Part shown: piece by piece, positions 24,918 to 37,145 of the stretch | How positions within the stretch are numbered: position 1 is the stretch's first letter | Layout: each line of letters begins with the position of its first letter | DNA from: Takakia lepidozioides | Taxonomy: Eukaryota > Plantae > Bryophyta | Direction of reading: 5' to 3' | Assembly: GCA_030704615.1 (NCBI GenBank) | Contig: CM060734.1 | Span: 32,116,001-32,180,000, forward strand | Length of the DNA: 64,000 bases | Program-made: the position numbers and the translations under genes | Notes under the pieces: generated by a model | Database searches by the model: none | The model's input: the letters and a program-made list of their open reading frames with translations, nothing else | Told to the model about the DNA's origin: nothing

Positions 24918-26400
24918 CTAAGCCCTCTTCATGTTATTCTCTGGCCAAAGACAATTCAGACCGACGACATCCTCCAACATTGTTTGCGGTGGGACCTCTT
25001 CCTTGTTAGGGTGAGGCAAGACACAATTGGCAATATAGATATCATTCACCTCCAATCCTTCAGGTATAACACGGCAATGATATGTGTCTTTGCCAGGCAT
25101 ACCAATGACAATTCCACTAGCAGCCCTGTGTCGTGGTAAATGAGGATCATACATGCTGATTTTGTCCTTCAACTTAAACTGCACACAACACCCACCATAA
25201 AACCCACATTAATCAACCCATGAAGACTTACATGTACATTGAAAACTAGATAATGAGGACCGTCCAGTATAAGCAATCACTCAAAGTGTAGAGTACTTTT
25301 GGTAGCATAATCTTGAATATCTGCCACTGTGGCAGGGGGTTGATATTTGGGGGTTGCCTTTGAAGGCGTTGTAGTTGGTGCACTGTCGGTGGCAATATCA
25401 AGAGTGGCTTTCTCAGCCTCCAAACATCACGCCCAACACCCCTTAGCAGTTACATTTAGCAATGCATCTACTAATAGTTTGAAGTACCCAACATGTAAAT
25501 GGCCACATTGTACAGAACTGATAGCCAACAGATGCATGCATGCTCACCTCTAGTACGGAAACTGCTGCATGGAGAGGTGCCTCCTGAAGGCCCACCTGAC
25601 TCTTACTCCCGCTAGAACTTGGTGTTATGTCACTATTTGCATCAGTCATCGACTTTGTGCCTTTGGCAGCAGTGGCTCTGGTTACACGCTCTCTTTTTCG
25701 CATGTACTTCTTCTCAGCTCCCTTCACGATGGCTGGGGCAGGGTCCTCTGCTTTAGTCCCCTTCTACATGCCAACAAAACAACAAGGTATAGTACATGAG
25801 TACGTCTTACCATACCTGATGCATAGAATTCATGGCACACACCAATAAATAGATCATTCATGAAATATTTTTAGAGTAAAAAACAGAAAGCCCAAGGATG
25901 GATGACAACCTCAAAAATAAGTTGGGGTGAAGGTGCACAAACCACCTTCTCCATAGCAGTCTTGCCTCCCAAGCCTGCGTCGGAATTGCAAGGTTCAATA
26001 ACAATACATATTGGGATAGTAGTTGGAGGAGGGGCGGTTGCTGACATTCCCAACATCATTGCCATCAATGCATCCAGTTTTTTGCTATTGTCCGCAGAAG
26101 CCTTAGCAACTTCTGCTTTTATAGTGGCCAATTCACCTTCAATTGTCGGGATCTGAACGTCTGCCAAGGCAAGCACACTGCCCTCAAGGGACGACAGTCG
26201 AGACTGCCCCCTCCCTATAGAGCCAAAGAAAGAGACATAATCAGCCCGCATGGCTTGGCTACGGCTCCAGCAAAATGAATGCAACAAAAAAAAAAAATAC
26301 CCACACGCCATTTACCTGTGCACCTCCAATTGACTGGGAGCCAACACCCTTGTCCGCCTTCGATGTGCGTGCCAGCTCAGTGATGCTTGGACTTGTGCTC
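24918..26400 (-). pseudogene. CACTA TnpA (Tnp1/En/Spm-like) gene remnant
   Basis: C-terminal exon AASGIV..YHCRVIPEG..VLPHP..TMLEDVVG..LWP matches the TnpA-like C-terminal domain pattern. An upstream coiled-coil exon lies at 25900-26230. Confidence 0.55.
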
Positions 26401-27371
26401 TCTCTTTCTTCTGCCAGGGCCACAACAAAAAAAAATTAGCCCCTATTCATCCAAACAAGTGGGGCGTTTACAGAGGCATGACTGTAGTGACAGTTTGCAA
26501 CTACCTCACAGGGCAGAGATGGTATCCTACTCCATCACATACACGTGTATATATGTACATACATATAGATGTATACATATGGGTGAATGCAGGGTTGACT
26601 GGATCAAAATGGACGTTACCAGCACAGTTTTAGATGACTGCAATTGATGGTGTCATCAATTGAAATTGAATTAATTCATTAAAACTAGCAAATATATCTG
26701 TCATTGGATTCCTAGCTTCAATACGCACCCATAGCAACTCTCCAATCATGAATCCGATAAGAAATGACTCCGCTATGGACTTTTGAACACCGTCATTGTG
26801 GACTGTTACCGCAATGAATGGAATTACAATGGACTCAAGTTCTCCTATGTGCCATTGGTGAATTCCATTGAAATTTGGACATAAGGTGGCCATTTTGGTC
26901 CACATCATAGGTATAGATTTGAAGTGGCAGAATCATTTGTCATTTGACTCATATGGACTAATATATGTAAAACAAATAGGCGTTTTTTGAAAAGTCCATA
27001 GTTCATCTTGTTTTTTTGGATTTTGGATGTCATTTTTTTTCTAGAAGTATAAAAACCTATATTGAATTTTTTTTGTATCACTCTGCCCGGTGCCTCTGCT
27101 CTGTAACTATGCACGCGGTGCGGCTTCCCTCTCTCCTGATCATTTGAGCACCCCTCTCTTATTTTATCTTGTAGCTCTTGTTGAGGGGCTAATTTGGGAC
27201 AACTATGCGAGGATCTAATGACTGCTTGGATCTTCATAAGCTCTAGCATATTGCGGAGACCATATGAAGCTGCACCGTTCCTGATAACTAGAATAATTGA
27301 TGGAAACGTGAAGAAACATCGATGCTGCAGTGCGGAGAGCGCGAAAGAAAGTCAGGAGACTCGGTTGGATT

Positions 27372-29072
27372 TTCTTCAACACATTTCACCCTGTTTTTCT
27401 CTCTTTATCAGAATCGGCCCTAAATTTCCATGTTGAATTCTGCAAGTTAATTGGTTGAGTGCATCTTGTTTGGAGTGACTTTGACATGATATAACCAATG
27501 TGACAACATGAAAGTATCCAAAAACAGGTAACAAAGATGAGGAAAAGCTGGGAATGAATACTTTTCTGACACCAGTCAATGGTGGGACAATCGAGGCAAA
27601 AAGGTGAATGCCTGTCAGATTACCAGATGTCGATTTGAACACTGCCCTAGTGGACATGTATGCCAAATGTGGGAGCATCGAGGATGGCAAGGGAGCATTC
27701 AACACTATGGCTGAACGAGATGTGGTGTCGTGGAGTGTGGTGTTTGCAGGGTATGCACAACAGGGACACGGGATGGAGGCGGGATGGAGGCTTTGGAGAC
27801 CTATGCGCAATCGATGGGGGAAGGGGTGAAGCCCGACCACGGAACGTTTGTGTGCGTTTGCAGGGCGTGTGCAAGCCTGGCACCCTGGAAAATGGCAAGA
27901 GGTGCATGGTTGCATCACCAAATCTGCAATTGTAGCAGATGCGATTCTGAACACTGCCTTGGTGGACATGTATGCCAAATGTGGGAGCATTGAGGATGCG
28001 AAGGGAGGGTTCGACACTGTGGCCGAACGTGATGTGGTGTCGTGGAACGCGATGCTTGCAGGGTATGCACAGCAGCGGCCCGGGATGGAGGCTATAGAGA
28101 CCTACAAGCCAATGATGTGGGAAGGGGTGAAGCCTAACCACATCGCGTTTGTTGGTGTTTGCAACGTGTGTGCAATCCTCGCAGCCCTGGAGAAGGGCAG
28201 AGAGGTTCATAGTGACATTGTCAAAGCTGGAATTGTACCAGATGTCATTTCGAACAGTGCCCTGGTGGATATGTATGCCAAATGTGGGTGCATTGAAGAC
28301 GCGAATGGAGTGTTCGACAATATGGCTAAACGAAATGGGGTGTCTTGGAGTGCCATGATTGCAGGATATGCGCAGCAGGGGTGTGGGATGGAGGCCATGG
28401 AGACCTATGAGCAAATGATGCGGGAAGGGGTGAAGCCAAATCACATCATGTTCGTTTGCAGTTGCAATGTGTGTGCAAGCCTGGCAGCCCTGGAAAAGGG
28501 CAAAGAGGTCCATGGTAACATCATCAAAGCTGGTGTTGTACCAAATGTCATTCTAAACACAACCCTGGTGGACATGTATGCGAAATGTGGTGCATCGAGG
28601 ATGCAAAGGGAGCGGTCGACAACTGGACGAGATGTGGTGTCCGCGACGATTGCTGGATATGCCCAGCATGGTTGTCAAATGGAGGCCCTGCAACTATTTG
28701 GCTATTTGGAATAATGCAGAGGGAAGGCTTCAAGTTGGACAGTATCACCTTTATATGTGTTGTCTCTGCATGCAGCCACACTGGCCTACTGGATGAAAGA
28801 CGCTACTGGGATTCCCTGAGTCAAGATCATGGTGTCACTCTGACAGTAAAGCACTTTGGCTGCATGGTGGACCTTCTTGGACGTGCGGGACAACTGGATG
28901 AGGCAGTGGACCTGATTAATAAAATGCCATCAATCCAGATGCTGTGGTGTGGAAGGCCTTGCTTGGTGCCTACAAAATCCATGACAATGTGGAGATGGCT
29001 GAACGTGAACAGGATGCCGCGACTTATGTGTTGCTATCAAACATTCATGCTGCAGCTGGCAGGTGGGATCCA
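27372..29072 (+). pseudogene. PLS-E PPR pseudogene, inverted paralog of the DYW gene, truncated before DYW
   Basis: Leader module at 27372-27618, frameshifted P/L/S repeats, P2-L2-S2 (HFGCMVDLLGRAG), ending at YVLLSNIHAAAGRWD. Confidence 0.9.
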
Positions 29073-29368
29073 TCTGAGTGTTTTCCCTGCATTTTACCAA
29101 CGCCTAACAACAAGCTGTATGTCCCATCACATTTCACATGAGCTTGTTCTTCCTTGTACAACAATTTGACACTTAAAATAGTTTATATAGCTATTGGTAC
29201 ATTAAATTAAAATCCAAACTATTTGAAATCTACACCAATTGCAAATAAAGACGAAAAAGATACCATATAAACAAATGGTCCAGGTTGCTGCTGTATTGAG
29301 GTATTTTTATCAAGACAATCATTTTTTATCAACATAATAAAACTAAATGTTGAGAAACTAAAGGATTG

Positions 29369-30420
29369 CCAACAGTCAGTACCTAAGTTGGTTAGTACCA
29401 GTGTTGGGCGGTTCTTGCATTTGTGAAGGAACCTTCGGTTCCGGTTCCACAATTATTTCAAGAGATGGTTCCGGATCCGGTTCTGGTTTTTTTTATTGAG
29501 CCGGTTCCGGTCCGGTTCCGGATCCAACTTTTAAACATGGGGGCGGTTCCGGTTACCGATAAAAACCACGGTTCTGGTTCTTAAAAAAAATAAAAATAAA
29601 AATAAATTAGATTTAAAATATTTTATCAGTCCGGGAGATTAAATAGCACATATTTGAACTAAAATCCAACAATTTTATTAGTTTTCGCTAACACAAAAAA
29701 AAACAAACAAAAATACTCTAAATAAACTGGTAGAAGAAAATGGGTAAGATTTTATGGGTTGAAATTACTATTCAGCTATGTGGCAAGTATTGGCATCTTC
29801 TAACATTTTCATTAATGAACTTAGCCAGGATATCATGGAGCTGGAGATTGAACCCAAGATCTCATGGCGTTGAAGCATTGAACATAGAATGTGATGGCCT
29901 TCAAGCATTGAACCCGGATCTCATGGAGCTTGAGAGCATTAAAGAAATTTTGCCATGGGGTCCACCAGCTCTCCAGGTTATGCCATGTTATGCCAAGGGC
30001 CCACCAAGGGTTCATGAACCTGTTCCCATACGCCCCGGTTCTCACACCCAGCATGAACAGCCGGTTCAGTTATGTGCCGATCCCCATTGGCAGGTCCCGT
30101 TCCGTGTCAGGTTCTGTAGGAATGGGCCGGTTGCAAGAATGGGCCCCGTTCCGGTTTCGGTGAACCTGAACCGGCGGTTAACCTGGGTCCCGGCGGGTAA
30201 CCGCCCCAACACTGGTTAGTACACTGAGTGCCACCCAGATGATTCTGGGTCAAAACATGGGTGTTGGTATACTCTTCTACCCCTTCCATTAGGCGGTGTC
30301 CCATTTCTATGCCTTCATGGCGGCGTTACTGTGAAAGAGGTAATTTTCTCCTCTCACTATCAAGGTGCCTAATTTGTGAGTTGTTGCTCCCAGGTGTTTC
30401 CCTTTAAAAAAATAAAAATA
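29369..30420 (+). mobile_element. SINE family 1 copy interrupted by a hAT MITE
   Basis: Head 29369-29398 continues at 30215 and ends in an A-rich tail that is tandemly duplicated (~30391-30475). Confidence 0.65.
29399..30214. mobile_element. Non-autonomous hAT element (MITE), 816 bp
   Basis: TIRs CAGTGTTGGGCGGTT / AACCGCCCCAACACTG, perfect 8-bp TSD GTTAGTAC (29391-29398, 30215-30222), and CCGGTT subterminal repeats. Confidence 0.9.
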
Positions 30421-31407
30421 AAAATGATGAGCAAGGTGTTTCCCTTTTAAAAAATTAAAAAAAAATGATGAGCAAGGGATAAACAACCGATTTTCGGTCC
30501 GGATGAAACAAATGCTTAACGAAGGGGAAAATACAGAAGAGGGGATTCACCTCTACCTAGGAGTAGTCTGCCCGCTCTATCCATGCCTCACTTTATCATG
30601 TTCCTCGGTTATAGTTCTTTAGGTACCAATTTTCGGGCTAATTCCCTTTTCACACTACCACTTCTAGGGCATAGATAGAGGTAGCTAGTTCAGATAGATC
30701 TCAGAGTACTGAATATATAGAAATAGCTCAGAAATGACAGCCTTGAGAGTGCTGACAACCCGATTTAGAACATGATTGAAATCAACTACCAAGGTGTAAT
30801 GAACGCGAGCATCTAGACAGCAACGGCAAACTGTGAATCGTCACTGTGGGTTGGTAGAATAAAGAGTCGTGAGGACTGCCTGCCATGAAATCTAGGAAAG
30901 CGTTGATCAGATTAATAATGTTGAACATGGTGTAGCTCAGTGAGGGATGGCAAAGTGCAGGTGCTGCGACGCGTGGCCTACACGCAATCATGCACAAATG
31001 AACAGGGAGTCACTTAGGGGATGAAGCATGTGAAAGTCGGGTATGGCCGCCCATGTCGTTTTCTCTTCCGCTGCAGCGGCATGATGCGGTCGCATTGGAC
31101 TGACGGGGTGAGTGGCCCTGTTTAGTTCTCGTGGCGGGAAGAGTAGAGCCCCCCAATTTTACATTGTAAGATCAAGGTCGAGAACTCTGGGGATTCTCAA
31201 TAAATCACTAGCCTTCCATCCAAAACACTAGGGTAAGTTGGCCTATGACTGAACAGGCGTCTATGACCAATCCTCTATGACTCAGTACAGAAATTCACTC
31301 AACAATACATCATAGTCAATACTCTCAGGGAATGGTGGATGGTCTGAGTAGCTACACAGATCAATGAATGAAGCAAGACACTCGCATCTTTCCAGGAAAA
31401 TATCCTT

Positions 31408-34035
31408 TCACCAGTAATCCCCACAAGAACAAATCCCATCTTCAAAGTGGTGAAAGCGGTTGGCGTCCCGTACAACAATTGCTCGGCCAACAATCTTTGA
31501 GATGAATTTGGTGGAGGTGTGGCAGTCACCACACACTCGAAGATTCTTGATGAGACGGAGAGGCGTCCTAGGGGTCGTGCTGATCAGCCCAAAACCAATG
31601 GCCAGCTTCTCACTGTGGTGGCAAAGAGAAAATTCCTTTTCCTCCTCCCCCACATCATGCAGTACAAAGCGCGTGTCAGGCACATACCCCGCCTCCTTCA
31701 TCTGCCTAGACAATCTTCTCAGCTCAGCATGGATTTCCTTAATCCTGGGATGCAACTTGTCATCTACAACGAAGGTGTGCACCCTGTTGCCAACCTCAAT
31801 GCAGCAGCGACCTGGCTCCTTTCTAACCCCTCTGACCTTCATCATTCTTCTCACCTTTGCACTATTATCCCACCTGCCAGCTGCAGCATAGATGTTTGAT
31901 AGCAACACATAAGTAGCGGCATCCTGTTCATCCCACTTGAGGATAAATGTTGCCGCACGTTCAGCAATCTCCACATTGCCATGGATTCTGCAGGCACCAA
32001 GCAAGGCCTTCCACACCACAACAGCTGGATTGATTGGCATTTTATTAATCAGGTCCACTGCCTCATCCAGTTGTCCCGCACGTCCAAGAAGGTCCACCAT
32101 GCAGCCAAAGTGCTCTCCTGTTGGAGTGACACCATGATCTTGACTCAGGGAATCGAAGTAGCGTCTTCCTTCGTTCAGTAGGCCACAGTGGCTGCATGCA
32201 GAGAGAACACATATAAAGGTGATACTGTTGGGCTTCACCCCTTCCCCCATCATTTGCTCATAGGTCTCCAAAGCCTCCACCCCGCGCCCCTGCTGTGCAT
32301 ATCCTGCAATCATCGCGCTCCACGACACCACATCTCGTTCAGCCATATTGTCGAACACTCCCTTTGCATCCTCAATGCTCCCACATTTGGCATACATGTC
32401 CACCAGGGCAGTGTTCAGAATGACATCGGGTACAATTCCAGATTTGACCATGTCACCATGGACCTCTTTGCCCTTTTCCAGGGCTGCCAGGCTTGCACAA
32501 GCATTGCAAACGCACACAAACGTGATGCGGTCACACTTCATCCCTTCCCCCATCATTTGCTCATAGGTCTCCAAAGCCTCCATCCCGTGCCCCTGCTGTG
32601 CATATCCTGCAAGCATGGCGTTCCATGACACCACATTTCGTTCAGCCATACTGTCGAACACTCCCTTTGCATCCTCGATGCACCCACATTTGGCATACAT
32701 GTCCACCAGGGCAGTGTTCAGAATGACATCCGGTGCAATTCCAGATTTGATGATGTCACCATGGATCTCTTTGCCCTTTTCCAGGGCTGCCAGGCTTGCA
32801 CAAGCATTGCAAACGCACACAAACGTGATGTGGTTACACTTCAACCCTTCCCCCATCATTTGCTCATAGATCTCCAAGGCCTCCATCCCGTGCCCCTGCT
32901 GTGCATATCCTGCAAGCATGGCATTCCATGACACCACATCTCGTTCAGCCATACTGTCAAACACTCCCTTTGCATCCTCGATGCACCCACATTTTGCATA
33001 CATGTCCACGAGGGTATTGTTCAGAATGACATCGGGTACAATTCCAGCTCTGACAATGTCACCATGGACCTCTTTGCCCTTTTCCAGGGCTGCCAGGCTT
33101 GCACATGCATTGCAAATGCACACAAACGTGATGTGGTTGGGCTTCACCCCTTCCCCCATCATTTGATCATAGGTCTCCAAAGCCTCCATACCATGTCCCT
33201 GCTGTGCAAACCCTGCAAGCATCGCGTTCCACGACACCACATCTCGTTCAGCTATAGTGTTGAAAACTCCCTTCGCATCCTTAATGCACCCACATTTGGC
33301 ATACATGTCCACCAGGGCAGTGTTCAGAACGACATCTGGTACAATTCCAGCTTTGACGATGTCACCATGGACCTCTTTCCCCTTTTCCAGAGCTCCCAGG
33401 CTTGCACACGCATTGCAAACACAAACAAATGTGATGTGGTTGGGCTTCACCCCTTCGCGCAACATTTGCTCATAGGTCTCCAAAGCATTCCTACCACACC
33501 CATGCTTGGTAAATCCTGCCAACATTATATTCCACGTGATCAAAGATCGTTGAGGCATTCTGTTGAACACTTGGTGAGCATCCATGATGCTCCCGCACTT
33601 AACATACATGTTGACAAGGGTGTTGAGTAGAAAAACATTTGGCGTGAATCCACTTTGGATAATGTGAGTGTGCACCTGCTTTCCAGCTTCCAGACCCTTC
33701 ATCTTGATGCACTTAAGCAAGAGAGAGACATACGTATCTGAATCTGCTGAAATGCCTCCTTGGTTTAAAGTCTGTAGAGCCTCTGTCAGTCTGCCTGCCT
33801 CACAAAGCATCTTCACATGCCCAGAAGTGCCAGAAGAGGCATTGTGGACTCCCTCTCTTGATCCTCTTTCAGAAGCTGTGGTCATGGTTGAGGTGCCTGA
33901 TTTTATCAACTGTGCCGCTGCAGCTGCTGCCTTTAGGTGACCATCTACCCATGCAGGTTTTTTGTAGCTATTGATCCACAGGGAATCATAGGTAATCTTG
34001 TGCTTGAAATCTGGAATTCTTGGATGAACCTGCAC
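31408..34035 (-). CDS. PLS-class PPR protein with E1-E2-DYW deaminase domain (organellar C-to-U RNA editing factor)
   Basis: 17 PPR motifs (LSP)x4-L-S-P2-L2-S2, then E1/E2, PG box, HSEKLA, CGDCH and C-terminal CSCGDYW. First in-frame ATG is at 33885; the true start may need upstream exons. Confidence 0.95.
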   Translation of the reverse strand: MQVHPRIPDFKHKITYDSLWINSYKKPAWVDGHLKAAAAAAQLIKSGTSTMTTASERGSREGVHNASSGTSGHVKMLCEAGRLTEALQTLNQGGISADSDTYVSLLLKCIKMKGLEAGKQVHTHIIQSGFTPNVFLLNTLVNMYVKCGSIMDAHQVFNRMPQRSLITWNIMLAGFTKHGCGRNALETYEQMLREGVKPNHITFVCVCNACASLGALEKGKEVHGDIVKAGIVPDVVLNTALVDMYAKCGCIKDAKGVFNTIAERDVVSWNAMLAGFAQQGHGMEALETYDQMMGEGVKPNHITFVCICNACASLAALEKGKEVHGDIVRAGIVPDVILNNTLVDMYAKCGCIEDAKGVFDSMAERDVVSWNAMLAGYAQQGHGMEALEIYEQMMGEGLKCNHITFVCVCNACASLAALEKGKEIHGDIIKSGIAPDVILNTALVDMYAKCGCIEDAKGVFDSMAERNVVSWNAMLAGYAQQGHGMEALETYEQMMGEGMKCDRITFVCVCNACASLAALEKGKEVHGDMVKSGIVPDVILNTALVDMYAKCGSIEDAKGVFDNMAERDVVSWSAMIAGYAQQGRGVEALETYEQMMGEGVKPNSITFICVLSACSHCGLLNEGRRYFDSLSQDHGVTPTGEHFGCMVDLLGRAGQLDEAVDLINKMPINPAVVVWKALLGACRIHGNVEIAERAATFILKWDEQDAATYVLLSNIYAAAGRWDNSAKVRRMMKVRGVRKEPGRCCIEVGNRVHTFVVDDKLHPRIKEIHAELRRLSRQMKEAGYVPDTRFVLHDVGEEEKEFSLCHHSEKLAIGFGLISTTPRTPLRLIKNLRVCGDCHTSTKFISKIVGRAIVVRDANRFHHFEDGICSCGDYW

Positions 34036-35054
34036 CCACTCTCTATCCCTGCTCCTTCAGCTATCCATGCCTCTGCACAAATCATGCATTCATCCTTGCC
34101 TTGCTGCTAGCAGCTGACAATGACAGCCTAGATTTGTTCTAGGAAACACCCAACTCAGCTTATCACACTAGTTCCTACGCTCAATTGCCTCTGCTACTCT
34201 CTGTAGTCCAACAGGCATTCACCTTTTTGCCTCGATTGTCCCACCATTGACTGGGGTCAGAAAAGCATTCTTTCCACAGCTTCTCCTGGTCTCTGTTATC
34301 TGTTTTTGGATACTTTCCTGTTGCCACATTGGCAGTAACATGTCAAAATCACTCCAAAAACCACCATAGATCCACCAACGAGCTAACTTGCAGAAATCAA
34401 CATGAAAAATTTAGGGACGACCCTGATAACAGGGAAAAACAGGCTGAATTGCGTTGAAGAAGGTGCCTTCATTAGCAGTGCCTTGTTCTATCAATTGTGT
34501 TGCTGCTGCTGCTGTTTCCAGTTGACCATCTCCCCGCGCAGGTTTCTTGTAGCTATTAATCCACAGGGAATCAGAAGTAATCTTGTGTTTGAAATCCGGC
34601 CCTCTTGGATGAATCTGGACCTCTATCTCTGGTCCTTCAGCTATCCCTGCCTGTGTACAAATCATGAATACATCCTCAGCCTTGCTGCTAGCAGCTGACA
34701 CTGACGGCGTGAAGTTCTTCCAGCAAACACCCCAACCCTACTTATTACAGTAGTTCCAATTCTGAATTGCATCTGCTTCTCTCTGTAGTCCAACAGGCAT
34801 TCACCTTTTTGTCTCCATTGTCCCACCATTGACTGGGGTCGGAAAAGTGTTCATTCCAAAGCTTCTCCTCATCTCTGGTATCTGTTTTTGGGTACTTTCC
34901 TGCTGCCACATCGGCAGTAACTTGTCAAAGTCACTCCAAACCACCACAGATCCACCCAACGAGCTAACTTACAGAATTCAATATGCAAATTCAGGGCGGA
35001 GTCTGGGGAGAGGGCAAAACAGGCTGAAATAGGTCAAAGAAGAAGGTGCCCTCA
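33890..35054 (-). repeat. Tandem duplication of a ~585-bp PPR 5'-leader module
   Basis: Units ~33890-34470 and ~34471-35054 align along their length (for example ATTGTCCCACCATTGACTGGGGTC, GAAGAAGGTGCC). Confidence 0.9.
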
Positions 35055-36566
35055 CCACATTGTCCTCGACCTTGTGTCATGACCCATGGAGGATTTGACG
35101 GACAATGAACCCAAGAGGACCTCTTGTGTGTGCTGCTTGTGTTTGTAGTCAGGTAATGTCGGATTGGTCTGTGAGAACCACCACGGTGCAGCTGAGCAGG
35201 CAGAGATTGAAACACGGCGTGCTAAGACCAAGCTGACTCTCCCAAGAACCTTGTAAACATCAGGAAAAAAACCAAATCATGGTACGTACATTAAGAAAAA
35301 GCCACACCTTGCGATTGCGGTTGTCCCACCATCGTGAAGGATGTTTAAAAAAATCATGCCAGCTCTGCTCCGTGCTCCAAGGTAGACGTTTGTGCTCGAA
35401 AATCCGACAGCATCAACATTTTGACAAGGTCCTTTACTGAGGGGTGCTAGTGAGCTTTCAACAACATTCATGCAAGTCACGTTGGGCTCCATTGGGCTCT
35501 ACACGATGAGGAACAACGAACATGTCCAGGCTTACACAGATGCTAACCCAGCTTATGTTTGCAGTCTGGAGATTGTAGAGTGGTCTCTGAAAACCACCAG
35601 GGAGGAAGGCGCTGAGCAGCACGAGAGTATTTTACCCTGGGTCTTGGCATTTTAATTCATTATCAAACATAATTTAGAGCAAACTCTGATCAAGTCACTG
35701 CCCTTTAGCCCCATATGGACCTTCTCCTCAAGGAACCAAAAAGGCGCCCAGTCCCGTCGCGCAGGCAAGGGATGGCGCACTTCTGCCGTGCTCGCATCAA
35801 TTTTCCTGCGCAGAATGGGCGGCAAGGATTCTATCACGCAGTCGATTAACGGGACACAGTGTGGAGGTGATATGGGCACCAGACTTGCCCATGCCGGGCC
35901 CTGGATCCTTGCCAGTCATGCGTCGCCAGCCTCCAGGGATTACCCACACAGGTAGACTCGCAAATCTTCGCATAAATATTTGGGTCTTTGCTTTGTGGGT
36001 CGGGATCAATTCGAGCAGTCACTACATGCATCTTGAGCATTTCATACATCTTGGGAATTTGCCCAGAAAGAACAAATAAAAAAATACGTTGCTTCCGTCG
36101 AAGACCTGATGGGACGAAGACAAAGTGCCAAATGTGATTCCCTGGAGTGGAGAACGAGCGAGACGAGTTAATTTCATCACATGTCTACACTAGCATTCCT
36201 CAGAAAACTCAGACAATGACGGGCTAAAGACCTATGTTTATGTGATGCTTTCGTACAGGCCAGAAATGAGTAGAGATCATCTCTGTCAGGAGTTCTTCTC
36301 AGATCCTTTACAGTGGTGAACAACAGGTTGATAAGGTGAATTTAGCTTCAGTGAGGACGTGAGAAAGTCTGTCAGGGAGAGCTTCCGATTAAGAAGTAGC
36401 ATGATGATATTTCGTGGACTGGGATTGTATCTTGAGTTGTTTAGATCAACTGAGAAATGTGCTCGTTTTGGCAAAAACCGGTTCTTCTTATCAGTAGGTT
36501 GTCCTTCCTTGTCAGCAGGGCAAAAAGCAGCTAGGTGTTCCCTGCTATGTAAACGATGCTTCGAGC

Positions 36567-37145
36567 ATGGCGGTTTTAGCATCGTGTATGCGAGGCTGTG
36601 GTGGGATCTATGGCTGCTCAGCTGCCCCAAAGGGTTTTCCGCCCAGCAGTCCAAGTTCCCCCGACTTCAGTGATAAGCGCACAAACGAGGCGCTTTTGGA
36701 TGGAGGGTCGGTCAGATCCTCCTTGGGTGAAAGCGGAGCAAGCTGCCATTATGCAGGGTCAAGCACAATCTGTTGATTTGAGGTCACTGTGTGACAGGAC
36801 GACTGAAAAAGGTGTCGCGTATTTTGAACCAAGGAGGCATTACAACAAACTCCGATACTTATGTCTGTCTCTTGCAGGAGTGCATCAAGAAGGAAAGACC
36901 TAGCACAAGGAAAGCAGGTGCATGCCCACATTATCCAAAGTGGAGTGAAGCCAAACATCTTCCTATACAACACCCTTGTCAACGTGTATGCCAAGTTCGG
37001 GAGCCTTGTGAATGCACGCCAAGTTTTTGACAAGATGCCAGAACGAAGCTAGCTTACATGGAATACAATAGTGGCAGGATATGCCAAGCATAACTGTGGT
37101 AGGCAGGCTTTGGAGATGTATGAACTATTGCAATGTGAAGGACTG
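36567..37145 (+). pseudogene. 5' fragment of another PLS-PPR gene (transit-peptide-like leader + L-S-P)
   Basis: LNQGGITTNSDTYVCLLQEC..GKQVHAHIIQSGVKPNIFLYNTLVNVYAKFGSL..QVFDKMPERS* with frameshifts and a stop. Parallels the N-terminus of the intact gene. Confidence 0.85.

Noticed and set aside
26640-27091. Terminus of the TnpA-bearing element (CACCG on minus)
   Set aside because: Non-canonical end with no partner; cannot be supported.
30480-31260. Solo LTR downstream of the PPR gene
   Set aside because: Composition is suggestive, but no TG..CA ends with a TSD could be defined.
31408-31830. U-to-C (DYW:KP) editing factor
   Set aside because: It has a PG box, HSE and a DYW end, not KP/HAE/GRP-type signatures.
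31460-33940. Many + strand ORFs over the PPR gene
   Set aside because: They are antisense shadows of the repetitive PPR coding sequence.
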